Below are positions 41,200 through 51,813 of a DNA stretch of 64,000 nt, piece by piece. The notes beneath the pieces were generated by a model. That model saw only the letters and a program-made list of their open reading frames with translations. It was not told where the DNA came from and searched no databases. This stretch comes from a virus (lineage: Duplodnaviria > Caudoviricetes). The stretch lies in IMG/VR virus record IMGVR_UViG_3300032318_000487, positions 15,390 to 79,389 of that record. One strand, 5' to 3'. Position 1 is the first letter of the stretch. Each line of letters starts with the position of its first letter. Position numbers and translations under genes: made by a program.

Positions 41200-43437
41200 T
41201 TAGATCAAGTTAAGCTTAGGCTTGACTGACACCAGTTCCATAAACTGACGGAGAAGAATTCGGTTGACGGTTTTCTTTTCCGAAAACTTCATGAACTGTT
41301 GAGCAATCTTGTTGCGTGACATGCTAGAATTAACTTCTAGCTCATTCTTCTTTTGAACCAATGCTCTCTGATCGATAATAAAATACTTATCGTAACCAGA
41401 AGATGTTGCAGTGATAAAGCCATCTTGTTTCCATTGCTTTCTGAGCTTTTCAGAGTCAACAGAAACAGGAAAGAACTTATTCACTAGAGAATTAAGTCCG
41501 TCATTTGACAAGAAGATACCAACAAGATTGCAGTTAGTACGATCTTTCAAGATTTTCAACAGAGATGATGTGATCTCTTGATGAGAGAACCGATCGTTTC
41601 CAATTTTATACTCTTTCTTGGTAATCTGATCACGAACGATGAACTGATTACCACCCTTACGCCAAGGATACTTTGCCTTGTCATAGGCAAAATGTTGAAC
41701 AGGATTTGAGTCACCATCTGTCAAGAAGATGACATTGACAATCTCAACCTTAGACTTACGTCTAAAGTCATTCACAACACCTTCAGCAGCAATAATAGCA
41801 GCATTAAGAGGTGTGCCACCGAGAGGATCAGCACGGTTGTAACCACCCATGAACAAGTAACTATAAGCCTTGTTCATTTCGGCAGCGTTCATACGAGACG
41901 ATAGAACATTGCGAAGCTTAAAACCATGATTACCTTGTACATCAAGCCAGTCTTTGCTCGCAGGACGTTCAAAGACATTGCCAACAACTTCAAACATATT
42001 CGGATCACGGAAAGTATACACTTCAAAAGGTATACCAACACGCTTACAGAATTGAGTCAATGCAACAATCTGTTTGATCGTTGATTGGAGACATTGAGTC
42101 ATTGACCCTGACCAATCAACAAACATAACGAAGCCATGGTTTTTACCAGTGGGCACATTGATCGACCGTCGAAAAATGTCATCGTTATACTTGTATGAAT
42201 GAAGCTTGTTAGTATCGATCACACCTGTCTTAGAAATGTTGATCTTTGCATAAGCTTCAGCAGCCTTACGCTGTTCAAATTCTTTGATGAGGAACGAGAT
42301 ATTGTTGTTCTCATCTTTCTTGAAATTTGAAGCCTTATTATGCATCTGATCAATATAAGTTTGGTCACTGTTCGTTGAAAAACTATTCAAATACTTCTTA
42401 TAATCGTCCACGATTAGATCAAGCTTTGCTTTTGGCAAATCAAGATAGATATAGTTCACATCGGACTGTGCTACAATAGAAGAGATATTCTTCTCCCACT
42501 CACGCTCAGTCTCAGATTCAGGAATATAATCATCTAGCGTTGAACTTGCACCAGCCCCGGTGTTAGAACGATCTGGTGCACCAGTATTGGAATTTTCGTT
42601 GATATCACCGTTACCGCGTTGTCCACGCTTACCAGAACTATTCGATTCATCTTCAGATGTTTTACCTTCATCATCTCGACCGTTACCATCACGATCAAGA
42701 TCACCTTGACGAGAATCCTCATCATCGAAGTCATCTTCGGAATCAGTCCATTCCGACTCATCGTATTCACTGCCATCATCGGAATCATCATCACCAATGT
42801 CCGAAGACTTGATGAGTTGGTTCTGTTGACCCTTCTCACGAGACCAAGTGTAAATTTCTTCAGTCAGATCAACGGTCTGAGCAAATGTTTCTTGCTCTTC
42901 CATCTTACGAATGAAGACACGCTCTTCGGGACTAAACTTGATACCAAGAGCAAAGCCACCCTTGAAATAGATGTTGGCACGGTCGATAAAAGACATCTCA
43001 TGGATACTACGATTGGCAGTACCAAAGAAGTCACGAGTAATCAATTCTTTGTAGCCAACAATATAGTTGCGCTTAGAGCCAGGATAACGACGCTTCTGCC
43101 GCTTATCAATTCTGGCATCTTCAACAACATTTAGGAAACCCTTGATAGAGCCAACAGCAGCTTTCCAGTTATCACCATGTATCTTTATGGCAATGCTTTC
43201 AATAGCATTTTTCCAATCTTGATATGGTGTATCAAGCGCATGACCAACTTCATGCACCACAAGCATATCATATAAATCTTCTGAAATGTTCTGCCAGACG
43301 GGCAGAACAAGTTCGCGGTTCTTAACGTCAAAGTATGCGGTGCTTGCACCAGCATCATGACGGAAAGAGATGTTTTCTGTCGCAAGAAGCTTGGCAAGTT
43401 GCGACTTGAAGGGAGAAGAGGCTGTGTTTGTCATCAT
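41200..43437 (-). CDS. cobT: CobT-like protein: HExxH metallopeptidase domain, acidic linker, vWA domain
   Basis: HEVGH, NVVEDARI, acidic D/E tract, VDWSGSM MIDAS, GGTPL, FLTDG. Confidence 0.85.
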   Translation of the reverse strand: MMTNTASSPFKSQLAKLLATENISFRHDAGASTAYFDVKNRELVLPVWQNISEDLYDMLVVHEVGHALDTPYQDWKNAIESIAIKIHGDNWKAAVGSIKGFLNVVEDARIDKRQKRRYPGSKRNYIVGYKELITRDFFGTANRSIHEMSFIDRANIYFKGGFALGIKFSPEERVFIRKMEEQETFAQTVDLTEEIYTWSREKGQQNQLIKSSDIGDDDSDDGSEYDESEWTDSEDDFDDEDSRQGDLDRDGNGRDDEGKTSEDESNSSGKRGQRGNGDINENSNTGAPDRSNTGAGASSTLDDYIPESETEREWEKNISSIVAQSDVNYIYLDLPKAKLDLIVDDYKKYLNSFSTNSDQTYIDQMHNKASNFKKDENNNISFLIKEFEQRKAAEAYAKINISKTGVIDTNKLHSYKYNDDIFRRSINVPTGKNHGFVMFVDWSGSMTQCLQSTIKQIVALTQFCKRVGIPFEVYTFRDPNMFEVVGNVFERPASKDWLDVQGNHGFKLRNVLSSRMNAAEMNKAYSYLFMGGYNRADPLGGTPLNAAIIAAEGVVNDFRRKSKVEIVNVIFLTDGDSNPVQHFAYDKAKYPWRKGGNQFIVRDQITKKEYKIGNDRFSHQEITSSLLKILKDRTNCNLVGIFLSNDGLNSLVNKFFPVSVDSEKLRKQWKQDGFITATSSGYDKYFIIDQRALVQKKNELEVNSSMSRNKIAQQFMKFSEKKTVNRILLRQFMELVSVKPKLNLI

Positions 43438-43443
43438 GGTGTT

Positions 43444-43472
43444 ATCTTATACGACAAATGCGTGGCAGTCAA
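43444..43472 (-). promoter_or_regulatory. sigma70-type early promoter, leaderless transcript
   Basis: TTGACT-N17-TAAGAT, 6 nt, ATG; no SD. Confidence 0.75.
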
Positions 43473-43479
43473 ACTAAAA

Positions 43480-43502
43480 AAGTGCGACAAAATGTCGCAC
43501 TT
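43480..43502. repeat. palindrome GTGCGACA-N3-TGTCGCAC, copy 3 of 3
   Basis: AAGTGCGACA-AAA-TGTCGCACTT. Confidence 0.95.
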
Positions 43503-43540
43503 GTAAGTATCTGATTCTAAAAGAGTTTAGATAAAAGCTT

Positions 43541-44524
43541 CTAGGGTTGTTTCTGTTTCTGTAACTTGACCAGAACCATTCCATAGTTGTTTACCTTCGG
43601 AAAGTCCTTAAGATTGATATCTGATCTAAGTTTAAGTCTATTGTCCGAATCTGTCAACCCCAAATTTCTGCGGATTTTAAGTTGATCAGGATTCAAATCA
43701 ACTTCTCTCTTTTGAAAGGGAGAATAATCAACATAGTGGTGCCAACGACCGTACTTCCAAACAACTCTAGCAACATCAGGATGCATATCAACAAGCATCT
43801 GAGACTTGTTGACAGTTCCTGTCGCATTTAGCTGACCATCACGCCATTTGGTTTTATCAAGATTACCTTCAACATGATAAAACTCTTGAGTGTTACCACC
43901 CTTTACAGTCTGAGTTGCAGCTTTGCCTTGAAGAAAAGCATTGAACTGAATTGTACAGTCACCGTCTTTCAGTACACGCAAACAAATGTCCGTATCTTCG
44001 TTGTATCGTCCTCTCCAACGATGTTTGCAATCATTGGAAATTAGCAGACACGAATAGATTCTTGTGTTTACTACGAATGGTGGATAAGATTGATTTGGTG
44101 CAATGAAGAATCGATACTGAAAGCCAGAGATAGGCACATTCTCGAATCGATCAACAAAGTCTTCAGCAGCTTTGAAGATAATGCCAGATTCAACACGAAT
44201 ACGTTCGTTCATATGAAGTCTGTAAAAATCTTGAATGTTATCATCCATAACCCAATGCTTCTTTGCACCAAGAGCAATTGCATGATCCCATGCAAAGTTT
44301 CTTGCTCGACCAGGACCATCACCGTGATTAGAGAATGGAGCAACAACAAGAGTTACATAGTCTCTTGTTCCAAGCTTATCTAATGACTCATCATATGATT
44401 CATAGTCTTGTGGTTCAATGATAATGTAATGTGGTACTTTCATTCGAGCGAGCGACCTCGACGTATACGAAGTATCTGCTCTACCCTTAGATACAATATA
44501 AACAGGATTATCAGGATTAGTCAT
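43541..44524 (-). CDS. GREB1/TET-associated (TAGT)-like glycosyltransferase
   Basis: PVYIVSKGR, ARN..WD, WVMDDNI, YSCLLI, NED.D..LR.L, TQ...GGN. Confidence 0.65.
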   Translation of the reverse strand: MTNPDNPVYIVSKGRADTSYTSRSLARMKVPHYIIIEPQDYESYDESLDKLGTRDYVTLVVAPFSNHGDGPGRARNFAWDHAIALGAKKHWVMDDNIQDFYRLHMNERIRVESGIIFKAAEDFVDRFENVPISGFQYRFFIAPNQSYPPFVVNTRIYSCLLISNDCKHRWRGRYNEDTDICLRVLKDGDCTIQFNAFLQGKAATQTVKGGNTQEFYHVEGNLDKTKWRDGQLNATGTVNKSQMLVDMHPDVARVVWKYGRWHHYVDYSPFQKREVDLNPDQLKIRRNLGLTDSDNRLKLRSDINLKDFPKVNNYGMVLVKLQKQKQP

Positions 44525-44536
44525 ACTAAATTCCTA

Positions 44537-44887
44537 TCAATCACCAGACTCAAACCATCTCTTCAAAGAGTTTTCGTCCTTATCTAAATGAGGATACCAC
44601 ATTGACTTAGTTTTGTCAGTGATAACTTGATCACTATCTAATGACTTGTACTTGGAGACAAACTCTTTGAAGTCTGCTTCATTTCTGAAGTGAAGATAAA
44701 TTGTCTTGAATGTCTTCTTATCTTCTTGTACAAACTCAGGCATTCCAACCCAGAGCTTGTCTCTTTCTCTCATCTCATCAGTCTGAACTTCGATAGGAAG
44801 CTTTCCATCTTCATCATATTCTTCCTTCTTATTCAGAAAGTTGTCATATACAGTAGATTCCTGTACAACAATGTCCTTCTTACTCAT
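44537..44887 (-). CDS. small acidic partner of the TAGT-like gene
   Basis: W.GMPEF.Q, I.LHF.NE.DF.EF, KTKS.WYP. Confidence 0.7.
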   Translation of the reverse strand: MSKKDIVVQESTVYDNFLNKKEEYDEDGKLPIEVQTDEMRERDKLWVGMPEFVQEDKKTFKTIYLHFRNEADFKEFVSKYKSLDSDQVITDKTKSMWYPHLDKDENSLKRWFESGD

Positions 44888-44897
44888 TCATATCTCC

Positions 44898-46613
44898 TCA
44901 TGAAATCAACTGACTAAAGTTCTTTACCTTAGCAAACTTGAATATTCTCTGAAACTTATCTTGCATTATATCAGACTTGTGTGAGATTACAAATGTATTT
45001 GTGTCACCCAACATGTCCCACATAATCTTTAAGAACTCATCTGTTCCATTATTATCTAGGGAACCATCCAGAACTTCATCAAGAATAAGAAGATTTGTGT
45101 TGACACTATTTCTCATCTTAGCAATAGCTCTCCATGTAAACAATAGAGCAAGATCGATACGTGTCTTTTCACCTTCTGAAAAGTTCTGATACGAGAACTC
45201 ATCTCTATGTCGGCTCTTGATTGTTTCTTCAAACTGTTCATTGATATTGAAGTTGACAAAGAAACCCATTCTGGCAAGATACTTGTTGATATGCTTGTTG
45301 ATGATAGGAAGATATTGCTTGATGATCTTTGTCTTGATACCACCATCTTTGAGTAGATTGATTGCAGTTTCAATATACTGACGTTCAACAAGAAGGTCTT
45401 GCTTCTGCTTAATAAGAAACTCAATCTCTCTTATAGTTTCGTCCATTACTTTCTGGTTGTCAGATACAATATTATCTGTATGTTCTAACCTTTGTAAATC
45501 TTCTTTAAGCTCATTGATTCTGACTTCTAGTGAAGTAGCATGAAGCTTGTTTTTCTGAATGTTACTCCAGATTTTTTCTGCTTCTGAAAGAGTGTAGTCA
45601 ATGTCTGCAATTGACTGTAACGTACTTGCGATCTGCTCATTTATTGCAATAAGTCCACTTTCATATTCAGCGATCTTCTTTTCACTAGACTCAACTTCAG
45701 ATTCTTTGAATTGAGAGTCAATAGATTGACGACACGTAGGACACATGTCATTGTCACAATAGAACGAAAGGTCTTTTTTAGTACGCTTTAGATTGGTATC
45801 AATCTTAGAAGATAGTGAAACAAGCTTAGTGTGCTTGTCTTTTAGAGCTTTCGTAGACGCTGTTCCCGATAAGATAACGGTGTGTTGGTTTTCGAGGTCA
45901 ACAATGCTTTTTTGCGTATCGGACAAGGTTTCCAAAAGACGTTGTAGTTGAGCCATATAATCGGATTTTTTTTCTTCGTTGTTTTGCTTAAGGATAGCGA
46001 GCGTTTTCTCAACATATACTTTCTTCTCTTCTTTAGCGTTCAGAGATACACGATTCAATTCAACTGCTTGTTTGTTTGCTATAGCTCTCTGTTTTACGAT
46101 AACGTTCATGACAGAGAAGATTTGAATGTCAAGTAAGTCTTCAATTACAGCACGACGATCAGCAGGTGATAGCTGCATGAAAGGAACAAATGATGCTGAA
46201 CCAAGAATAACAATCTGAGTGAACGACTTGTAGTTCATCTTCAGAACAAACTTCTCAAGATGTTCTTGATAGTCTTTCGTCGTTGAATCTTGATTGATCA
46301 TTGTTCCATCACAATAGATTTCAAAGATATTTGGCTTGATGCCACGAACGATCTTGTATTCTTTGTTGTTTGTTGTAAACTCGATTTGAACTTCACAGCC
46401 CTTCTCGTTTACAGAGTTAACTAGCATAGGCTTATTAATCTTACGGAATGGTTTACCGAACAAAGCAAAGCACAAAGCATCGAGAATAGTAGATTTACCC
46501 GCACCGTTGTCTCCAACGATGAGGGCATTCTGATGTTCATTCAACTTAATCTCAGTGAATAGATTACCCGTCGATAATAGATTGCGCCATCTAATAACTT
46601 TGAATATGATCAT
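44898..46613 (-). CDS. gp46: recombination endonuclease ATPase subunit (Rad50/SbcC-like)
   Basis: [13 protein letters not shown] hook, FSEGEK, LILDE. Confidence 0.97.
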   Translation of the reverse strand: MIIFKVIRWRNLLSTGNLFTEIKLNEHQNALIVGDNGAGKSTILDALCFALFGKPFRKINKPMLVNSVNEKGCEVQIEFTTNNKEYKIVRGIKPNIFEIYCDGTMINQDSTTKDYQEHLEKFVLKMNYKSFTQIVILGSASFVPFMQLSPADRRAVIEDLLDIQIFSVMNVIVKQRAIANKQAVELNRVSLNAKEEKKVYVEKTLAILKQNNEEKKSDYMAQLQRLLETLSDTQKSIVDLENQHTVILSGTASTKALKDKHTKLVSLSSKIDTNLKRTKKDLSFYCDNDMCPTCRQSIDSQFKESEVESSEKKIAEYESGLIAINEQIASTLQSIADIDYTLSEAEKIWSNIQKNKLHATSLEVRINELKEDLQRLEHTDNIVSDNQKVMDETIREIEFLIKQKQDLLVERQYIETAINLLKDGGIKTKIIKQYLPIINKHINKYLARMGFFVNFNINEQFEETIKSRHRDEFSYQNFSEGEKTRIDLALLFTWRAIAKMRNSVNTNLLILDEVLDGSLDNNGTDEFLKIMWDMLGDTNTFVISHKSDIMQDKFQRIFKFAKVKNFSQLIS

Positions 46614-47686
46614 ACATGCTCCACAGACAATGCTTCCGTATAGACATCTTTCATGAAAGATTTCATCTTATCTGAATCTACTCCCAATGTCAAGCCATCA
46701 ATATACTTAGTGAGGATTGTGGGTGTGTCTTCAGCTTCATCGACAACGGAATCTTCTTCATTGTCTTTGAAAGCTGAGATATCTTCAATGATGGAAATGT
46801 CTAGTGGAGATGCTTTGTATAGTTTGTCTAACATCATATCAAATGCATAAGGATTAGTCTTGTTGACACACACAATTTTAACATAGGTGTTGGCATACTG
46901 ATCATAGTTAGACTGATTGATCTTCTCAAGAATGTCCTTGTACTTCACATCATCATATACAAGCATCTTAAAGATGTGATTCTTGTTTTGGTAGAATGTT
47001 ACTTGTCGATCTTTCGTATCGAAAACACTGAATCCCCTTGGGTCAGCATAGTCCGACCAAGTATACTCAGCAAAAGCTCCAAGATAATGAACATTGCCAA
47101 TAGTGGAACGATGATGATAATGCCCACTAAAAACAAGATCAAAACGAGAGAAAATATTACGATCCATCCCATGGTCATTAACAGAACCACGATACATTTC
47201 AAAGCCGTTGAGTTCAAGATGTCCCATGCAGACTTCAGCAGTCGATGTGCGGATTGCATCAAGTGACTCGTCATAGTTAGACTCCGTAATCCATGGTAAA
47301 AGTTGAATCTCACATTCGTTGATGACGATCATCTCTGGCACATCGTATATGTAAATGTGCTTGTATCGTCCATCAAGAATCTCACGGAGGGCATTTACTT
47401 CATGCGTGTTCTTGTAATACTCATCATGATTGCCTGCAATGATATGTGTTTCAATACCTCGCTTCTCTAGCTGTTCAAGAAAGTCTTCACGACAACGCTT
47501 TGCTGTCATGTAGTTGACGAACTTGCGACGGTCAAACAAATCACCTAAATGAATGACATGCTTGATCTCTTGTTCGTCAATTACTTGCCAGAACTGTTCG
47601 AGTGAACGATTGAAGTAATCATGAAAAACTGGGCTATCATTTCTGATACCCCAGTGTGTATCCGTGATAAGGGCAATTTTTGTCAA
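46610..47686 (-). CDS. gp47: recombination endonuclease nuclease subunit (Mre11/SbcD-like)
   Basis: TDTH, LGD.FD, GNHD, GH.E..GF, SGHYH. Confidence 0.97.
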   Translation of the reverse strand: MTKIALITDTHWGIRNDSPVFHDYFNRSLEQFWQVIDEQEIKHVIHLGDLFDRRKFVNYMTAKRCREDFLEQLEKRGIETHIIAGNHDEYYKNTHEVNALREILDGRYKHIYIYDVPEMIVINECEIQLLPWITESNYDESLDAIRTSTAEVCMGHLELNGFEMYRGSVNDHGMDRNIFSRFDLVFSGHYHHRSTIGNVHYLGAFAEYTWSDYADPRGFSVFDTKDRQVTFYQNKNHIFKMLVYDDVKYKDILEKINQSNYDQYANTYVKIVCVNKTNPYAFDMMLDKLYKASPLDISIIEDISAFKDNEEDSVVDEAEDTPTILTKYIDGLTLGVDSDKMKSFMKDVYTEALSVEHV

Positions 47687-47687
47687 G

Positions 47688-47885
47688 TTACGCTCGTTTC
47701 CTCTTGATTTGAGCTTGCATCATATCATCATTCTTATACTTACGCAAGCTGGAATCGATTGCGTCTCGGATCGATTCTAGTCTTGCTCTATAGTTTTCCC
47801 TAACGTGTTGTCTCTCACCCTTATCAAGCATGTTATGAATAAGTGATTCGACTTGAAAAGGAATGTTATGTGACTCGTCCCTCAT
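47688..47885 (-). CDS. conserved small protein after gp55
   Basis: ORF track; R.NY..RL..I. Confidence 0.7.
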   Translation of the reverse strand: MRDESHNIPFQVESLIHNMLDKGERQHVRENYRARLESIRDAIDSSLRKYKNDDMMQAQIKRKRA

Positions 47886-48445
47886 GCTGATTCTCCTTTC
47901 TCTTCATAGAATCTCATTAGATTGTCCTTTGCCTTCTTTCTTTTTTCTTTCTTGACGGCTTCTTTTCGTTCAAATTCTTTCATAAAGATGTTGATGTTAT
48001 CATACATCTGAGCGGAAACCAATATGTTATCACTTTCATCACTGAACAATGATGAATCTGTATTGCAGAGAACAGTTTCTTGAAAACTCTTGTATATTGT
48101 ATATCTATTCTTCTCTTCCTTATAGATTCTCCTTAAGAAAGCATATTTGATGACTTGAGTGAAGTAAGCAAATGGATTTGAACCTCTGTCTGGATCATAG
48201 TCTTTAAAGTAAAGAAAACAGTTCTCAATTCCATCTGAAACCATCTCTTCTCTGTATGAGTAGTTAACAAAGCATGGCTTAGTCGATAGCTTCTCAGCAA
48301 TCTTCCAGATGCATTCTCCTATATAGTCTGGAATACGAGGCTCTTCCAAACCAGCTTCTCTTGCGGCTGAAAGTCTCTTTCTGTACTCAACAATCTCTCT
48401 AAAGAACTTTTTGTTATCAACATAGTGACGAGTAGATTTTGCCAT
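47882..48445 (-). CDS. gp55: late-transcription sigma factor
   Basis: HYVDNKKF, YIGECI..IA..LS..P.F.NYSYREEM..DGIENC, NPFAYFTQ; start moved to ATG 48445. Confidence 0.96.
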   Translation of the reverse strand: MAKSTRHYVDNKKFFREIVEYRKRLSAAREAGLEEPRIPDYIGECIWKIAEKLSTKPCFVNYSYREEMVSDGIENCFLYFKDYDPDRGSNPFAYFTQVIKYAFLRRIYKEEKNRYTIYKSFQETVLCNTDSSLFSDESDNILVSAQMYDNINIFMKEFERKEAVKKEKRKKAKDNLMRFYEEKGESA

Positions 48446-48475
48446 TACTAATTCTATCCTTTTGTACGATTTCTC

Positions 48476-48504
48476 TTGACAAGGGGTTGACAAAGTGGTA
48501 TAAA
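48476..48504 (+). promoter_or_regulatory. plus-strand (antisense/divergent) sigma70-like promoter
   Basis: TTGACA-N17-TATAAA on the strand opposite all genes. Confidence 0.5.
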
Positions 48505-48532
48505 GGCTATGCCCTGTTGCAAATGAATTAAT

Positions 48533-48793
48533 TTATATATCTGTTATCTGTCTTAGCTTATCTAACTGCTTAGTCACTACTTCTGATCTGTTTGGCCACT
48601 TGATCATTGCTTTATCTGGTTCTTTAGCTAAGTTCTCTAGAAATGGTACAAACATAGACTTCAGAAGATCGATTCTGTTTCTTAGATCAGAAACTTGTTT
48701 TTGTAAGTCACGATACCTATCGTTATCAACAATAACTTCAGCTTCATCTGCAAAAGTGAAACCAAAGTCAAAAACATCTTTCTTGTTTTCCAT
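48533..48793 (-). CDS. conserved hypothetical protein
   Basis: FDFGFTF, PFL.NL..EP.K.MI.WPNR. Confidence 0.75.
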   Translation of the reverse strand: MENKKDVFDFGFTFADEAEVIVDNDRYRDLQKQVSDLRNRIDLLKSMFVPFLENLAKEPDKAMIKWPNRSEVVTKQLDKLRQITDI

Positions 48794-49224
48794 TAGTGTA
48801 AGTTCCTTTTATCTTTCTTGCCTAGAGTACCACCTAGAAACTCATTAATTATCTTCATAGCTTCTTCTTCAGTTGTTGGTTCATCAAACACATCATCTTG
48901 CTCGTCTTCTGAACTAAGTTCTGCTATATTCTTATTGTTCTTATAATGATCAATACAATCCCAGTAATACTTAGTCATACCCTCTGATGCTTCTGATATA
49001 ACAAGAACATCAGATGGACTGATATTGAAAGACTGTCTACTGCTGATTCTATTGAACACCCACTGCATGAGAGTAATACTCAAGTATCCATTTTCATTAG
49101 TTGTATATAGAATCTTCATGGGTTCAGTGATTGAATAGTAACTTTCATCATCTGACTCAAACGTTGTGAATTGAGTTACTAAATCTTCACCGTTATTAAG
49201 TCTCACAAACATAACATCATTCAT
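48793..49224 (-). CDS. conserved T4-like hypothetical protein after uvsW
   Basis: VRL.NGED, acidic C-terminus, ends RNLH. Confidence 0.75.
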   Translation of the reverse strand: MNDVMFVRLNNGEDLVTQFTTFESDDESYYSITEPMKILYTTNENGYLSITLMQWVFNRISSRQSFNISPSDVLVISEASEGMTKYYWDCIDHYKNNKNIAELSSEDEQDDVFDEPTTEEEAMKIINEFLGGTLGKKDKRNLH

Positions 49225-49228
49225 TGCT

Positions 49229-50677
49229 TTAACCTTTCAATTCAATACGATAAATCTTAAATGTAAACTTCTGTTCAGAATAAATCTTTATTCTTTCTTC
49301 AAAATGATCTAGTGTGTAGTTCATGTGTTTTTTATATGACAGGTCATCTGCTATGTCAAAGAGAGTTGCTTTGTCTTTTGTGTCAGACCTTCTTAGTCCT
49401 CTACCAATCGATTGCAAGTTTCTAACTCTTGACTTTGATGGAGAAGCAAATATGATGTTATGTAGATTCTTGATATTGATGCCAGTACTGAAAGTACCAT
49501 ATGAGGCAACAATGATGATATCATTTTCTTCTTCAGCTATACGTCTTATGTTCTCTCGTTCATACACGTCAGTATCACCGTGTACAAAGTAAACTTTCCT
49601 TGTATCATTCTTCTTAAGAATATCATACAGGATTTTTCCATGTTTTTCAACATACTGATACAAAATAAGTGTGTTTCCATTGAGAGATTCTGCTAGATTA
49701 GTTATGAACTTGTTTCTCTTCTCATTTAGTACAAGAAACTCAATCTCTTCAGGATATCTCTTACCCTTAACTTGTTTACATATCTCTTCAGAGTATCTAA
49801 GCAAAAGACACTTGATGTTGAAGTCAGCTACAACTTTTTTGTCCATCAACTCTTTTGTTGTGATAACATCTTTTGTAGGACCAAACAGACCCTCAAGAAC
49901 CAGTTTGTGTGTCTTAGTACCATCAAGAGTACCAGTCGTACCTATTCTGTACTTAGCATTGATGAGAGATGTGAGAATCTTTGTGAGTGACTTTGCTTTG
50001 AATAGATGTGCCTCATCACCAATCACGGCATCAAACTGATGAAAGAACTTTTCTGGCATTGTGTAGATACTCTGCCATGTAGATATCACAACTTTCTTGT
50101 CAGAGTGTTTATCTTTACCTGAGAAGATACCATGAACGTTGTTCTCAGAGTCATAACCATAATCTTTGAAGTCACCTGCAAGCTGAGTTACAAGTGATGT
50201 TGTTGGTACGATGATAAGAGTTTTTTTTGCATTGATCTTTCTGAGAAGAAGATATATGATAAGAGACTTACCAGATGCAGTTGGTGAAAGAAGGAGTGAC
50301 CGACGTGTTCTTATCGCATGAACAAATGCATTGACTTGGTAGTCACGGGGTTCTATTGTAAGATTCAGTGTCTTGATGAATTCCATAGCTTCATGAACAG
50401 AGAACTCATCATCATACTGTTCACTCTCGTAAACGAGCTTATAGTTTCTCTCTTGACAAAACTTTCTAAGATAATGAACAAGACCTCGATACACAGTGTT
50501 TGTTCTGATATCGAAAAGTCTGATTTTGCCGTCCCAAAGCTTTGCTCTGTATTGAGGTGTGAATTGATGACCTGGAACTGAGAATGTGAAAAACTCTCTC
50601 AGTTCATATGCAATGCCACCATCACACTCAATCTTAACTGACACTTCGTCTACGTCACGCACATAAATTTTATCCAC
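49229..50677 (-). CDS. uvsW: DNA helicase UvsW
   Basis: PRDYQ, SPTASGKS, DEAH, TGT, TFSTGINI, QSIGR.LR; GTG start overlapping the uvsY stop. Confidence 0.97.
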   Translation of the reverse strand: MDKIYVRDVDEVSVKIECDGGIAYELREFFTFSVPGHQFTPQYRAKLWDGKIRLFDIRTNTVYRGLVHYLRKFCQERNYKLVYESEQYDDEFSVHEAMEFIKTLNLTIEPRDYQVNAFVHAIRTRRSLLLSPTASGKSLIIYLLLRKINAKKTLIIVPTTSLVTQLAGDFKDYGYDSENNVHGIFSGKDKHSDKKVVISTWQSIYTMPEKFFHQFDAVIGDEAHLFKAKSLTKILTSLINAKYRIGTTGTLDGTKTHKLVLEGLFGPTKDVITTKELMDKKVVADFNIKCLLLRYSEEICKQVKGKRYPEEIEFLVLNEKRNKFITNLAESLNGNTLILYQYVEKHGKILYDILKKNDTRKVYFVHGDTDVYERENIRRIAEEENDIIIVASYGTFSTGINIKNLHNIIFASPSKSRVRNLQSIGRGLRRSDTKDKATLFDIADDLSYKKHMNYTLDHFEERIKIYSEQKFTFKIYRIELKG

Positions 50678-51122
50678 CACTTGTAAACTTTTCCCAATCA
50701 ATAAATGACTTAAGCTGCCATGTTCTACTATTTAATTCTTTGATGATTGACTGACAATAATCAACGATCTCTTGATGTATTACCCTCTTTAGAAGGATGT
50801 TGTTTAGTTCTTTGTCTGAATCGATATACATTGGAATGTCTTGTCTGAGAGTCTTCTTTACCCAAGGCTCTAGACCATACTGTTCTAAGTCTTCTGGGTT
50901 ATTGAGATCACCAGAATAGTATTCCCACTTGATCTTCTTAAGCTTGTTATAATCTATAGTCAGCTTCTTAACAATCAAGTTATGATGTGACATGATATTG
51001 AGATACTTAGAATGGGTCTTTGAAATCTTGATAAGTTCTCTACCTGGCTCAGTCTCGTCAATGATTGAGTCTTTAGACCATTCTTCCATAAGAACGTCTA
51101 TTGTGACAGGTGCTTTGATCAT
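50670..51122 (-). CDS. uvsY: recombination mediator UvsY
   Basis: W..DS.ID, H.KYL, K.EYYSG, RT.Q.K..I.W.KF..G. Confidence 0.92.
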   Translation of the reverse strand: MIKAPVTIDVLMEEWSKDSIIDETEPGRELIKISKTHSKYLNIMSHHNLIVKKLTIDYNKLKKIKWEYYSGDLNNPEDLEQYGLEPWVKKTLRQDIPMYIDSDKELNNILLKRVIHQEIVDYCQSIIKELNSRTWQLKSFIDWEKFTSGG

Positions 51123-51158
51123 AAAAGAAACATCTCCAACAAAAAAGTGTATTACGGA

Positions 51159-51187
51159 ATATTACTCTATTCCGATACAACTGTCAA
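51159..51187 (-). promoter_or_regulatory. sigma70-type promoter of uvsY
   Basis: TTGACA-N17-TAATAT. Confidence 0.75.
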
Positions 51188-51194
51188 CTAAAAA

Positions 51195-51713
51195 TTACAA
51201 TCTTTCTATCTCAAAAAAGTCGTACCTGAATGTCACATCTGCTGTTGGAATTGACTGTGCGTTATCTGATGTATTAAATGCTACGCCACCTAGAGACACA
51301 GGATGAATGTTCTTAAACTTGAATCTGATGTTAGGTAAGTTAGCATTGGTATTTACTGTTAGAATAGCATCGTGATATAGTTCACCTGTTGCATTGTAGA
51401 ATCTTTTATACTCACTAAACTTAGTTGGCTTTGTCAATGCTCTTAGCCAATTATATGTCTCTTCCCATACTCTCATCTCTTCATCGATGATTGCATTAAC
51501 AGAGAATGTCTCATAAACTAGTTTATCACCATGTCTAAATGTGCTAGAAAATGGAGATGGTACTTCAACAGCAGTTGTACTTACACCAGGCAAGTTCATT
51601 GTCTGTGAGAAATACTTAAGAAAAGACAAAGTAGGAAACACAACAGTAAACTTAGTTAACTGAAGAATACTTGTGTTCTCTGGTATCTTTGCGATATATG
51701 GTTCGTTAGCCAT
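51195..51713 (-). CDS. gp3: tail completion / sheath stabiliser
   Basis: NLPGVS, GDKLVYE.F.V..IIDE.M..W.E...W, F...HP.SL; position after gp23. Confidence 0.85.
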   Translation of the reverse strand: MANEPYIAKIPENTSILQLTKFTVVFPTLSFLKYFSQTMNLPGVSTTAVEVPSPFSSTFRHGDKLVYETFSVNAIIDEEMRVWEETYNWLRALTKPTKFSEYKRFYNATGELYHDAILTVNTNANLPNIRFKFKNIHPVSLGGVAFNTSDNAQSIPTADVTFRYDFFEIERL

Positions 51714-51740
51714 AATCATTAAGCTCCTATATATTAACAC

Positions 51741-51747
51741 TATTTAT
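51741..51747 (-). promoter_or_regulatory. T4-type late promoter (ATAAATA)
   Basis: Box just upstream of gp3. Confidence 0.7.
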
Positions 51748-51757
51748 TAGATACAAA

Positions 51758-51781
51758 AAAAGCGGGGAAAAACCCCGCTTT
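51758..51781 (-). terminator. intrinsic terminator after gp23
   Basis: AAAGCGGGG-TTTTT-CCCCGCTTT followed by TTTT. Confidence 0.92.
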
Positions 51782-51813
51782 CTAGTTTGTTAGAACTTTT
51801 ATTAATCTTATTA

